A stretch of DNA of 64,000 nucleotides, from positions 5,208-69,207 of the forward strand of contig JACRGQ010000059.1 in assembly GCA_016217735.1 (NCBI GenBank). Direction: 5' to 3'. Shown here in pieces: positions 29,979-40,570 of this stretch. The notes beneath the pieces were generated by a model. It had not been told where the DNA came from. It searched no databases and saw only the letters and a program-made list of their open reading frames with translations. Numbering within the stretch: the stretch's first letter is position 1; every line of letters begins with the position of its first letter. This DNA is from Nitrospinota bacterium. GTDB taxonomy: Bacteria > Nitrospinota_A > UBA7883 > JACRGQ01. Made by a program: the position numbers and the translations under genes.

Positions 29979-31400
29979 CTACGGCAAATTGATAACGAGG
30001 CTCTTCGGCTCGGTCATTTCCTCTATCGCGTAGCGCAGCCCTTCGCGGCCGAGGCCGGAGCCTTTCACGCCGCCGTACGGCATGTGGTCGATGCGGAACG
30101 TCGGCACGTCACCTATCATCACGCCCCCCACGTCGAGCGTTTCCCACGCGGCGAAGGAAGCGCGGAGATCGTTGGTGAAGACGCCGGCTTGCAGGCCGAA
30201 CTCGCCGTCATTGAGCAGCGCCAGCGCCTCGTCCATCGTGGCGTAGGGGGTCAGCGTCACCACAGGCCCGAACACCTCCATGCAGTTCACCTTCATTCGC
30301 GGGGTTGTCCGCTCCAGCACGGCCGGCTGGAGGATGCTTCCCTCTCCTTTTCCGCCGCACAGGATTTTCGCCCCTCCCTCGACCGCTTCGTCAATCCAGC
30401 CGAGGATGCGTTGCACCTCGCGCGGGGAGATGAGCGGGCCGACGCTGGTGGCCTCGTCCAGCGGGTCGCCGGTTTTCAGGGTGGCCACCTTCGGGATGAA
30501 AAGCGCCTTGAACTTTTCGTAAACCCCTTGTTGCACGAAGACGCGCTGCACCGATATGCAGGTCTGCCCCGCATAGCTGAAACCGCCGGTGACGATCCGG
30601 CCGGCGGCGTATTCAAGATCGGCGTCGCCATGCACGATCACCCCGGCGTTGCCGCCCAGCTCCAGCGCCACCTTCTTTTTCCCCGCGATATTCTTCAGCA
30701 TCCACCCCACGCCGGGACTGCCGGTGAACGAGAGCATTTTGTAGCGCGCGTCGCGCGCCATCGTTTCCGCCAATTCGTTGGTGGCGGGCAATACCGAGAA
30801 CGCTCCTTTGGGCCAGCCCGATTTGTCCACAATCTCCGCCAGCAGCAGCGCGGTCAGCGGCGTTTGCGGCGCGGGTTTTATCACGATGGGATTTCCCGCC
30901 GCCATCGCGGGGGCCGCTTTGTGCGCCACAAGGTTGAGCGGAAAATTGAACGGCGTGATGCCGAGGATCGGGCCGATGGGGAACCGCTTCACGAAGCACT
31001 GCCGCCCTTTCGCCAGCGGGTGGATGTCGAGCGGCAGCACTTCGCCGGAAATGCGTTTTGTCTCTTCGGCGGCGGCGAGGAACGTAAAAATGCTCCGCTG
31101 CACCTCCTGCCGCGCGTTAAGGATCGGCTTCCCCGCCTCCAGCGCGATGACGCGGGCCAATTCCCCGGCGCGGGCGGCTATGCCGTTGTGGATTTCCATT
31201 AAAATGGCCGCGCGGTCAAGCGGCGCAAGTTTTCTGGTTTCTTTGAAAGAGGCCAGCGCGGCGGCGGCGGACTCTTCCGCCTCCGCGTCCCCGGCGATAA
31301 AAACTTCCCCTATTGTTTCGCCGCTGAACGGCGCGGTGACGGCGGTCTTTTTCGCGGTGGCGGTAAAACGCCCGGCAACGTAAATCGGATACTCGCGCAT
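29979..31400 (-). CDS. NAD(P)-dependent aldehyde dehydrogenase
   Basis: ALDH family catalytic blocks (ELGGNAG, FSYAGQTCISVQR) over the full length. Confidence 0.9.
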   Translation of the reverse strand: MREYPIYVAGRFTATAKKTAVTAPFSGETIGEVFIAGDAEAEESAAAALASFKETRKLAPLDRAAILMEIHNGIAARAGELARVIALEAGKPILNARQEVQRSIFTFLAAAEETKRISGEVLPLDIHPLAKGRQCFVKRFPIGPILGITPFNFPLNLVAHKAAPAMAAGNPIVIKPAPQTPLTALLLAEIVDKSGWPKGAFSVLPATNELAETMARDARYKMLSFTGSPGVGWMLKNIAGKKKVALELGGNAGVIVHGDADLEYAAGRIVTGGFSYAGQTCISVQRVFVQQGVYEKFKALFIPKVATLKTGDPLDEATSVGPLISPREVQRILGWIDEAVEGGAKILCGGKGEGSILQPAVLERTTPRMKVNCMEVFGPVVTLTPYATMDEALALLNDGEFGLQAGVFTNDLRASFAAWETLDVGGVMIGDVPTFRIDHMPYGGVKGSGLGREGLRYAIEEMTEPKSLVINLP

Positions 31401-31500
31401 TGGCTTATTATCCCCCTTTCGCTTTTCCCGCGCAAAGGCTTGTTATTCCGGGCCGCGGACGAAGGATTCCGGCCGCAAGAGGCTTTTTTTGGCAAAACAG

Positions 31501-31529
31501 TTGATTGCGCGGGGAAAATATATATAATT
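31501..31529 (+). promoter_or_regulatory. sigma-70-like promoter for tRNA-Leu
   Basis: TTGATT, 17 nt spacer, then ATAATT, ending about 28 nt upstream of the tRNA 5' end. Confidence 0.5.
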
Positions 31530-31556
31530 ACGGGTCTGATTCCAATTTAAAGGCAT

Positions 31557-31641
31557 GCCGACGTGGTGGAATTGGTAGACACACCATCTTGAGGGGGTGG
31601 CGGGGCAACTCGTGTCAGTTCGAGTCTGACCGTCGGCACCA
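31557..31641 (+). tRNA. tRNA-Leu (anticodon GAG), type II with long variable arm, CCA encoded
   Basis: Hand-folded cloverleaf. Acceptor GCCGACG/CGTCGGC. Anticodon stem CCATC/GGTGG with loop TTGAGGG. T-arm GTCAG-TTCGAGT-CTGAC. Confidence 0.9.
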
Positions 31642-31766
31642 TTTTTTTCCGGCCGCAATTTCATGCCGATTTGCGGCAATCGGCCTTTCTGACAGGGGGA
31701 AATTCCCTCCCTCCATTGTCCGGAAATCCCTCTTTTGCGGAGGAGGGGAGGGCGAAAGCGGAAGCG

Positions 31767-32129
31767 CTATTTGGCGCTGTTGGCGCGGATGATATTGAAC
31801 AGCTCCAGGGAAGAGTCGGAGTCAACCTCGGTGAATTTCAGGCCCATGCCGCGGGAATCCGCCTTGGTCACATTGTTCTGCACGCGGAACTTGCCGGTAA
31901 TGACGTGTTCCTTGTCCGTTTTCACCATGGAGAGATGGATGGTGAAGGTTCCCTCCGTGCCCACCGGATCGGGAAAGCCGGTGAACACGAATATTCCCCC
32001 CATGCTGATGTCATTGGTTTCATCGTATTTTATTTTACGGCCGTTCACGTCGAGCGTAATGGACACGTCAAAATTTACCCGGTCGCGGGCGCGCTTGTTT
32101 GCCGAACCCTCAGGCTTTTTTCCGCTCAT
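31767..32129 (-). CDS. PilZ-domain protein (c-di-GMP receptor)
   Basis: RARDR-VNFDV and DISMGGIFV match the RxxxR / D-x-S-x-x-G PilZ motifs. Confidence 0.7.
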   Translation of the reverse strand: MSGKKPEGSANKRARDRVNFDVSITLDVNGRKIKYDETNDISMGGIFVFTGFPDPVGTEGTFTIHLSMVKTDKEHVITGKFRVQNNVTKADSRGMGLKFTEVDSDSSLELFNIIRANSAK

Positions 32130-33633
32130 AATACTCCGCTATGCTCCCTATTAACGCCTCTATAGTATACACTTTTGGCATCGCCACCACCTTGAATCCC
32201 GCTTTCAGGGCGGTTTCGGTGGTAATCGGCCCGATGGACGCGGCGGCAAGGTTTTTTACCACGTCCGGCAGTTCGGCCGGCTCGAACATGCCGGTGAAAT
32301 TGGTGACGGTGCTCGACGAGGTGAAGGTCACCATGTCCAGTTCGCCGGCGCGGATCATTTTCAGCATTTCCTCTTTTTTCCCGGCGGGGCGCACGGTGCG
32401 GTAGGCCGGCACCACGTCCACCAGCGCGCCGCGCTTCGCCAGTTCCTCCGGCAGGATTTCGCGGGCCTCCAGCGCGCGCGGGATGAGCACCTTTTTTCCC
32501 TTCACATCGCCGATGACTTCCAGTATCCCCTCGGCGCGGAACTCTTCCGGCACCAGCGTCACCCGTATGCCGACCGCCTCGACCGCCTGCGCCGTTTTTT
32601 TGCCGATGGCGCAGATGCGCGGACCGGCGAGATCGCGGATGTCGCGGCCCGTTTCCTTGAGCCGTTTCAGCAGATACCCCACGCCGTTGACCGACGTGAA
32701 GATGACCCAATCGTATGTGCCGCACTTGGCGATTGCCGTGTCGAACGGCTCCCAGCTTTCGGGGTCTTTCGTTTCGATGGTGGGAAACTCGTGGACCGAT
32801 GCCCCCAGCTCTTCCAGTTTTTGGGAAAAATCGCTTGCCTGCGCGCGGGCGCGGGTGACGATGATCCGCCGCCCGAAGAGCGGCCTGTTCTCGAACCAGT
32901 TGAGTTTTTCGCGGAAGTTCACCACTTCGCCCACCACGATCAGCGTGGGGGGGGCCACTTTTTCGCGCTCGGCTATCGCGCTGATCGTTTCCAGCGTGCC
33001 GACCCATGTCTTCTGTTGGGGGGTGGTACCCCAGCGCACCAGCGCCACGGGGGTTTGGGGGGAGCGGCCATATTTTATAAGGTTGGCCGTTATCATCGGC
33101 AGGTTTTTCACCCCCATGTAAAACACCAGCGTGCCGACGCCGGTGGCGATTTTATCCCATTGCAGCGAGCTTTCGTCTTTGCCGGGGTCTTCGTGCCCGG
33201 TGATGAAGGCAAGCGAGGAAGTGGCGGACCGGTGCGTTACCGGTATCCCGGCATAGGCGGGTCCGGCCACCCCGGAGGTGACGCCCGGCACCACTTCAAA
33301 TGCGAGTCCCGCTTCGATCAGTTCCTCGGCCTCTTCGCCGCCGCGGCCGAAGACGTACGGGTCGCCCCCTTTCAGGCGGGCGATATTCTTGCCCTCGGCG
33401 GCTTTGCGCACGAGCAGTTCGTTTATCTTGTCCTGCGGCAGGGTGTGATCGCCCCCCTTTTTGCCGACATAGATGATCTCGGCCCCCGGCTTGACGAAAT
33501 CAAGCAGCCGCGGGTTGGCCAGATAGTCGTAGATGATGATGTCGCAGCTCTTCACGAGGTCGAGGCCGCGCACGGTGATGAGGCCCAGGTCGCCCGGGCC
33601 GGCGCCAATGAGATAGACTTTTCCTTTTTTCAT
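32110..33633 (-). CDS. cobA: bifunctional uroporphyrinogen-III C-methyltransferase / uroporphyrinogen-III synthase
   Basis: N-terminal tetrapyrrole methylase (KVYLIGAGPGDLGLIT) and a C-terminal HemD-like duplicated domain. Confidence 0.9.
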   Translation of the reverse strand: MKKGKVYLIGAGPGDLGLITVRGLDLVKSCDIIIYDYLANPRLLDFVKPGAEIIYVGKKGGDHTLPQDKINELLVRKAAEGKNIARLKGGDPYVFGRGGEEAEELIEAGLAFEVVPGVTSGVAGPAYAGIPVTHRSATSSLAFITGHEDPGKDESSLQWDKIATGVGTLVFYMGVKNLPMITANLIKYGRSPQTPVALVRWGTTPQQKTWVGTLETISAIAEREKVAPPTLIVVGEVVNFREKLNWFENRPLFGRRIIVTRARAQASDFSQKLEELGASVHEFPTIETKDPESWEPFDTAIAKCGTYDWVIFTSVNGVGYLLKRLKETGRDIRDLAGPRICAIGKKTAQAVEAVGIRVTLVPEEFRAEGILEVIGDVKGKKVLIPRALEAREILPEELAKRGALVDVVPAYRTVRPAGKKEEMLKMIRAGELDMVTFTSSSTVTNFTGMFEPAELPDVVKNLAAASIGPITTETALKAGFKVVAMPKVYTIEALIGSIAEYYERKKA

Positions 33634-33778
33634 AGACCGCCAGTATACAATTATTCCTTGGCGCGGATAAACCGCGTTTTTGTATGGTGTTGACTTGGCG
33701 GGGCGCGGCTTTTATCCTAATCCGGAACCGGGGCAACGTACTTCACCGCGCTTGGGGCGGGTTCTTTCATAATTCTTA

Positions 33779-34024
33779 TTGCGGGGGCATATGGGCGGCG
33801 ATACTGAAAAAGAGCTTTTAAAACTCCTCGAAACAGCGCTCGCCAGCGAACGGGCCGCCGAAGACCTCTACCGCATCGGCGCCGAACTGGCCCAGCGCCC
33901 CGAAGTGAAGGCAATGTTCGAAAGGCTGGCCGGCGATGAACACCGGCACGAAGAGCTGTTGCGCCAGGAATATCACGCGATTAAAAAACGGCTGGGATTG
34001 AAAATTCTGCATGACGAAACGTAA
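33779..34024 (+). CDS. small ferritin-like/rubrerythrin-like helical protein
   Basis: E..E..H-type paired helices (EKELLKLLETALASERAAEDLY...GDEHRHEELL). Short, so low confidence. Confidence 0.4.
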   Translation: MRGHMGGDTEKELLKLLETALASERAAEDLYRIGAELAQRPEVKAMFERLAGDEHRHEELLRQEYHAIKKRLGLKILHDET

Positions 34025-34072
34025 TGGCGCCGCGATAGCCGGCGGAAACCGTTTTTCCACCGAAGGCCGCGG

Positions 34073-34819
34073 TTGCGCCGGTGGGTAATGGCCGCCGCGG
34101 CGGCCGTTCTGCTGGCCGCCTGCGCCTCGACGGCGCACAAGGAGGATATCCAGCGCTATCCATCCGGCCGGGGCAAGCAGGATATTTATGTGGTGCAGCA
34201 CGGCGAGTCGTTGGCCGACGTTGCGAAGAAATTCGATGTCGGCGCGGACGATCTCAAAAAGGCGAACAACCTCGAACTCGATACCGTGAGCGAAGGACAG
34301 CGGCTGACCATCCCGCCCCCGCGCGGCGGCGAAGAACTGGGCGGCAAAAGCGAACCGTCTCCCGATAAAGCCGAAAAAAAGGGGAAAGAGCCGGAGCGCA
34401 AGAAGGTGCGCCCGCAGGCGGGCGGCAAAGCGCCGCGCATCGGCGTTGCGTTGACGTGGCCGGTGAAAGGAACCGTCCTCTCCAACTTCGGCATCCGCGG
34501 CGGCGGCAAACACGACGGCCTCGATATCGGCGCCCCCGCGGGCGCCGATATCGAGGCCGCGGCGGACGGCACGGTGATCTTCAGCGGCTGGGGTCCCTCC
34601 GGCTACGGCAACATCGTGGTAATCCGCCATACGGAAACCGTGGTGACCGTGTACGCCCACACCAAGGAAAATCTGGTGGAGCGGGGGGCGGCGGTGAAGC
34701 GGGGAATGAAGGTCGCCACCGTCGGCAGCACCGGCCGCGCCACCACGGCGCACTGCCACTTTGAAGTCCGCGTCAACCGCATCCCGTACGACCCGCTCGC
34801 CTATCTGGAAAAGCGGTAA
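34073..34819 (+). CDS. LysM-M23 family metallopeptidase lipoprotein (NlpD-like)
   Basis: Lipobox LLAACAS, LysM (YVVQHGESLADVAKKF), and M23 HxxxD/HxH blocks (HDGLDI, VYAHT). Confidence 0.85.
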   Translation: MRRWVMAAAAAVLLAACASTAHKEDIQRYPSGRGKQDIYVVQHGESLADVAKKFDVGADDLKKANNLELDTVSEGQRLTIPPPRGGEELGGKSEPSPDKAEKKGKEPERKKVRPQAGGKAPRIGVALTWPVKGTVLSNFGIRGGGKHDGLDIGAPAGADIEAAADGTVIFSGWGPSGYGNIVVIRHTETVVTVYAHTKENLVERGAAVKRGMKVATVGSTGRATTAHCHFEVRVNRIPYDPLAYLEKR

Positions 34820-34925
34820 TCCGCTTTGTCGTGCCGGGCTTGACGAAGGAGCGGCGGAATAAACATGCGGCGGCGGAGCCTGCGGAGCCAGCCGCATACA
34901 AACCGCCGCGGAAGTACCCTTCAAG

Positions 34926-35031
34926 GGTGCGGCACCCGGTCATATTTTCAAAGCTTTTTTCATCAGCCCACGTTACCGGAAAAAGAGAGTTTTGAAAATA
35001 TATCTGGTTCCCCGCGTGCGCGGGGACGACA
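34926..35031. mobile_element. MITE family copy (~106 bp) between convergent genes
   Basis: Internal inverted CATATTTTCAAAGC / GTTTTGAAAATATATC. Right hairpin end CCCCGCGTGCGCGGGGACGACA. The left end is degenerate. Confidence 0.55.
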
Positions 35032-35044
35032 AGAGGGGGAAAAA

Positions 35045-36619
35045 TTACGCGGTGGCCGCTTTGGGGGCGGGGGCCGCGCCGCCGTTTATCAGCGATTGCA
35101 GCGCCATCTTCGCTTCGGCAAATTCGGCGTTGATGCGCAGCGCCGCTTCATACGCCTGCCGCGCTTTCGCCGCATCGGGCTTTTGCTGATACGCCCGGCC
35201 GAGGTTGAAGTACAGGTTGCAGTCGTCCTTGTCGATGCATATCGCCTTGGTGAAGCAGTTCACCGCCTGCTCGTTCATTTCCATCCGGCGGTAGGTGATG
35301 CCGAGGTAATTGTAGATGCGGGTGTCCGAGGGGTTCACCGCCAACGCCTTTTCAAACAGCGCCGCCGCCTCGCCGTGGAGTTGTTCCCGCAGGTAAACTT
35401 CGCCGGCGGCGATGAGCGTGATCTGGTTTTCGGGGTCCAACTGCATGGCCCGTTCCAGCGAGAACTTCGCCTTTTGCATCTCCCCTTCCCGCAAGTACCA
35501 CGCAAAAAGTTCCAGCCACCCATCGGCGCTGTCCGGCGTTATCTTCGCCGCCTTCTCCAGCAGGGCGCGGGCCTCGGCGGGCATCCCCAGCTTTTTGTAC
35601 ACGCCGATGAGGTTCATGTAAGCGCTCACCATCGCCGGATCGGCGACGATGGCCTTTTTAAATTCTTCCGACGCCTCGCGGTGTTTTTGCGGATCGGGAA
35701 CCGCATCCCCCTCTTGCGCCAGGGTCTTGCCGTAGCCGACGTGTACCCGCGCGCGCAGCCGCTTCGGGTCGTTCGGCTTTATGTTCATGATCGCTTTTTT
35801 GAAAAAGAGCGCCGCCTCGCGGTAATTCGACTCCCGCAACAGCTCCTCGCCGGTGCGGATCAGCAGCTCGGGGGATTTCGGATTGGCGGCAACCATCCTC
35901 CTCAGCGCGGCAAGCTCCTCCAGGCACTGCCCCGTCTTTTTGTAACAGGTGAGCAGCGCGCGGTGCGCCTCGGGATAATCAAAGTTGATCTTGAGCGAAC
36001 TCTTGATGAGCGGGATCGCCTCGTGGTGCCTCCCGGCCTCCATATGGACATCCGCCACCTCCAGCCAAGCCTCCTTGGACCACGGAGCCGCCAGTATGGC
36101 CCGCCGCGCCGCGCCGGCCGATTTTTGGTAAATTCCGGCGATGATTTCGGGAGGGGTATCCTTCGCCTTAAGTTTTTCCAACTCCTGCCCCAGCTTCTTT
36201 TTCTCGCGCGCGGCGATGGTCAGCGCCAGCATGGTCATCGAATCCTGCATCCCCTCGGCGGTGAACGGCACTTCGATGAAGCCGGATACGCCGTGGGCGA
36301 ACGCCTCTTTCAGGAATTCCTTGTTGATGTTGTCCACGATGAGCGCCACCGGCAGCGACGGCATGTTCTCCCGCGTGGTCACCGAGCGGGCGAAGCGGAG
36401 TCCGGTGAGTATCTTCATCTTGGCGGCGACGACCGCGATATCGTAGAACACCCCCTTTTGGGCGTCTTCGGCCAGCCGGGTGAGCGCCTGCTGGGGGTTA
36501 TCTTCGCTGTAGAAGGCGAGCGGCTCTTCTTTTAAATACTGGCTGTAGGGGAGACGCTCCAAAAAGTCCTTTACCTGCTTTATCTCGTAGGACTTTTCGC
36601 TGACGATAAACACTTTCAT
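35045..36619 (-). CDS. receiver-like domain plus TPR-repeat protein
   Basis: MKVFIVSE start with a receiver-like fold, followed by more than eight TPR repeats. The track ORF 35045-37534 runs on upstream of the ATG at 36619, as antisense of the HDAC gene. Confidence 0.7.
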   Translation of the reverse strand: MKVFIVSEKSYEIKQVKDFLERLPYSQYLKEEPLAFYSEDNPQQALTRLAEDAQKGVFYDIAVVAAKMKILTGLRFARSVTTRENMPSLPVALIVDNINKEFLKEAFAHGVSGFIEVPFTAEGMQDSMTMLALTIAAREKKKLGQELEKLKAKDTPPEIIAGIYQKSAGAARRAILAAPWSKEAWLEVADVHMEAGRHHEAIPLIKSSLKINFDYPEAHRALLTCYKKTGQCLEELAALRRMVAANPKSPELLIRTGEELLRESNYREAALFFKKAIMNIKPNDPKRLRARVHVGYGKTLAQEGDAVPDPQKHREASEEFKKAIVADPAMVSAYMNLIGVYKKLGMPAEARALLEKAAKITPDSADGWLELFAWYLREGEMQKAKFSLERAMQLDPENQITLIAAGEVYLREQLHGEAAALFEKALAVNPSDTRIYNYLGITYRRMEMNEQAVNCFTKAICIDKDDCNLYFNLGRAYQQKPDAAKARQAYEAALRINAEFAEAKMALQSLINGGAAPAPKAATA

Positions 36620-36793
36620 GCGATGTTTCCCATCCCCCCAAGGTGTTACGTTAAGCACCCATTCTAGTTTATGACGGCAGTGCGGTCGAGAACAAAAAAA
36701 CGGGCTTTTGGTTTTTGAAGGGTAAACCGGCATCGGCGGGCCGTTCAAACCAAAAGGCTGGCAAAGGGGGCGGCGCATACCTATAATTCCAGC

Positions 36794-37713
<920 letters not shown>

Positions 37714-37714
<1 letters not shown>

Positions 37715-38712
37715 TGCCGCAACAACCGCTGCTGTCGGTTCAAAATCTCACCATCAGGTTCCGCACCGGGGAAGGCTTGGGCAAAGCGGTCGATAACGTA
37801 TCGTTCGACCTCTATCCCAACGAAACGCTTGGCATCGTGGGTGAGAGCGGCTGCGGCAAGACGGTGACGGCGCTTGCCATCCTCCGGCTTATCCAAAGTC
37901 CGCCCGGCGAAATCTCATCCGGCGCGATCATGTTCGATGGGGCGGACCTTCTCACGCTTCCCGAAAAGGATCTGCGCGCCATACGGGGCAACCGCATAGC
38001 GATGGTCTTTCAGGAGCCGATGACGGCGCTCAATCCCGTTTTCACCATCGGCGATCAGATTGGCGAGGTTTTCCGCATCCACCAAAATGCGTCGAAGGCG
38101 GAAGCGCGCGCCAAGGCAATCGGCATGCTGCGGCAGGTGGGTATTCCCGACCCTGAAAAGCGGGTGGATGACTATCCGCATCAGTTAAGCGGCGGGATGC
38201 GGCAGCGCGCCATGATAGCGATGGCGCTCGGCTGCAAGCCGGCCATTTTGATAGCCGACGAGCCGACCACCGCGCTGGACGTCACCATCCAGGCGCAGAT
38301 ACTCGACCTGATGGACGAGCTGAAGCGGAAGTTCGGCGCGTCCATCATCCTTATCACGCATGACCTGGGGGTGGTGGCGCAGCACGCGCAGCGGATCGCC
38401 GTGATGTACGCCGGAAAAATCGTCGAGACCTGCTCGGTGGCGCAGATTTTCAGCGACCCGAAACATCCCTACACGATCGGCCTGATGGAATCGATTCCGG
38501 CCATTCAGGACGAAGGGGACAAGCCGGTGCGGCTGCGCGAGATAAAAGGGATTGTGCCGCCGCTGCACGCCATGCCGCCCGGATGCCCCTTCCACCCGCG
38601 CTGCGTCAAGAGATTCGAGCCGTGCGACAAGGAAACGCCGCAACTGCTGGAGGTGGCCGCCGGCCACCTCTGCGCCTGCCATCTCCACATCGGCTGCGTG
38701 ACGCCGGCTTAG
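37714..38712 (+). CDS. ABC transporter ATP-binding protein, oligopeptide/dipeptide (DppD/OppD) type, no adjacent permease
   Basis: Walker A GESGCGKT, signature LSGGMRQR, Walker B ILIADEPTTALD, and the C-terminal oligopeptide-ABC extension. The start overlaps the HDAC stop (TAATG). Confidence 0.85.
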
Positions 38713-38719
38713 GCATCTT

Positions 38720-38872
38720 TGTCATCCCGGACCCCGACCCGGGATCCAGACATATTTTCAAAGCTTCCCTCATCGGCCCAAAGGGCCGATCCTGCCTGAC
38801 GCTATGCATCAAGGGGAAAATAAGAGAAAGCGTGGATAATATGTCTGGATCCCCGTCTGCACGGGGATGACA
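38720..38872. mobile_element. MITE (~153 bp) with hairpin-containing terminal inverted repeats, between convergent ABC-ATPase and rho genes
   Basis: Left end TGTCATCCCGGACCCCGACCCGGGATCCAGACATATT. Right end AATATGTCTGGATCCCCGTCTGCACGGGGATGACA. The internal sequence is shared with copies at 29375 and 34926. Confidence 0.65.
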
Positions 38873-38891
38873 GATGCGGGGGATTGCCGGT

Positions 38892-40013
38892 TCAGCGCCC
38901 CGCCGGGGGATCGGGTATGGTCTTGAGGAACTCCAGATTGCTCTTGGCCTGGCCGAATTTTTCGAGGAACATCCGGTATTTTTCGCCGCGCCGGTCGTCC
39001 AGCAGGGCGCGGCGCAGCATGGCCGATTTGCGCAGCACTTCCACCGACAGCAGCTTTTCCTCTTTGCGGGTGCCGGATTTCTGGAAGTCGATGGCGGGGA
39101 ATACCCGCTGGTCGGCGAGATTGCGGTCCAGCACGATTTCGCTGTTGCCGGTTCCCTTGAATTCCTGGAAGATCAGCTCGTCCATCCGGCTGCCGGTGTC
39201 CACGAGGATGCTGGCGATGATGGTGAGGCTGCCGCCGTGCTCGATGTTGCGCGCGGAGCCGTAGAACTTCCGCGGAAACTCCAGCGCGCCCGCGGAAAGG
39301 CCGCCGGACATCGTTTTGCCGCGGCTGTCGAAATCGCGGTTGAAGGCGCGCCCCATGCGGGTGAGCGAATCGATCATCAGCACCACGTCGCGTCCCGCTT
39401 CGACCAGGCTTTTCACCCGCTCGAAGACCATGTATGCGGCGCGGATGTGCTCTTTTTGGGGCTGGTCGAAATCGGTGGCGATCACTTCGCCGCCGACGGA
39501 CCGGCGGAAATGGGTGCTTTCCTCGGGGCGTTCGTCGATGAGGAAGATGATCAGGTGCGCGTCCGGATGATTCGTCTTGATCCCTTTGGCGATGTCTTCG
39601 ATTATCGTGGTCTTGCCGCTTTTGGGGGGCGCCACGATCAGCATGCGCTGTCCTTTGCCGACCGGGATGAACATGTCGACGATGCGGGTGTCCAGCGGCT
39701 GCTGGCCGGTCTCCAGCCGGAACTGTTCAAGCGGGTCGATGGCGGTGAGCCGCGCGAAGGGGATGCGTCCCGCCGCGTCCCGCGGGTCCCGCCCGTCGAT
39801 CAGTTGCACCTGCTCGATGGATATGTTCGGCTGGTTTTTAAGCGCCTTGCCGGTGCCGGTGATGTGCATGCCGGTTTTCAGGCGCAACTGCTGCACCAGC
39901 TTGGGGGAAATATAGGGATCCTGCGGCGAGATACGGAATCCGTTGTCGATGGAGCGGAGGAAGCCGTAGCCTTTTTGCACTATTTCAAGTATGCCCGATA
40001 CGGAATTTTCCAC
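38892..40013 (-). CDS. rho: transcription termination factor Rho, lacking the N-terminal helical subdomain
   Basis: CSD-like RNA-binding block (GYGFLR), Walker A PPKSGKT, Q/R loops and GTGNSEIVLDR..RVFPAIDF. 373 aa versus about 419 in E. coli. Confidence 0.85.
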   Translation of the reverse strand: MENSVSGILEIVQKGYGFLRSIDNGFRISPQDPYISPKLVQQLRLKTGMHITGTGKALKNQPNISIEQVQLIDGRDPRDAAGRIPFARLTAIDPLEQFRLETGQQPLDTRIVDMFIPVGKGQRMLIVAPPKSGKTTIIEDIAKGIKTNHPDAHLIIFLIDERPEESTHFRRSVGGEVIATDFDQPQKEHIRAAYMVFERVKSLVEAGRDVVLMIDSLTRMGRAFNRDFDSRGKTMSGGLSAGALEFPRKFYGSARNIEHGGSLTIIASILVDTGSRMDELIFQEFKGTGNSEIVLDRNLADQRVFPAIDFQKSGTRKEEKLLSVEVLRKSAMLRRALLDDRRGEKYRMFLEKFGQAKSNLEFLKTIPDPPAGR

Positions 40014-40115
40014 GTGAATAGAACCTTTTTATAAAAATGTTTTCAGCCTGCGCGCATTACCGTCGCGCGCGTTACAAAGTGCGGGGCGCCGCGCCCCGCG
40101 GTATGGGAAGGGCTC

Positions 40116-40541
40116 TTACGAGCCCATCGATTGTATGCGGTCGGAGGGGCTTATAACCTCGGTAAGCCGGACGCCGAATTTTTCGTTGTTGACGACGACG
40201 ACTTCCCCCCTGGCGATCAGCTTTTCGTTGACGAATACGTCCAGCGGCTCGCCCACGAGCTTCGTTAATTCTATAACAGAACCCTGCCCCAGTTGAAGCA
40301 GATCGTTGATAAGCATTTTTGAGCGCCCCATTTCCACCGACAGGCTTAACGGGATGTCGAGTATCATGTCGAGCTTCTTGTCTTCCGGCCCCGTTGCCGC
40401 GGGCCGGCCGGCCGGCGCGGCCGCCACGGGAGCCGCCACCGCGGATTCCTCCTTCGGTTTCTGCGCCTCGTCGCGCAGCATTTTCCGCTGCTCTTCGAGG
40501 TCTTCGGCCGCCGCCGCCCAGAGGTCTTCTTCGTTGCTCAA
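40116..40541 (-). CDS. fliN: flagellar motor switch protein FliN; start uncertain (TTG at 40541 or ATG at 40481, frame open further upstream)
   Basis: C-terminal SpoA block LDIPLSLSVEMGRSKMLINDLLQLGQGSVIEL...GEVVVVNNEKFGVRLTEV. Overlaps or abuts the fliM stop at 40571. Confidence 0.7.
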   Translation of the reverse strand: MSNEEDLWAAAAEDLEEQRKMLRDEAQKPKEESAVAAPVAAAPAGRPAATGPEDKKLDMILDIPLSLSVEMGRSKMLINDLLQLGQGSVIELTKLVGEPLDVFVNEKLIARGEVVVVNNEKFGVRLTEVISPSDRIQSMGS

Positions 40542-40570
40542 ATCATCGCCCTTTGTTTCGCTATTGTATA

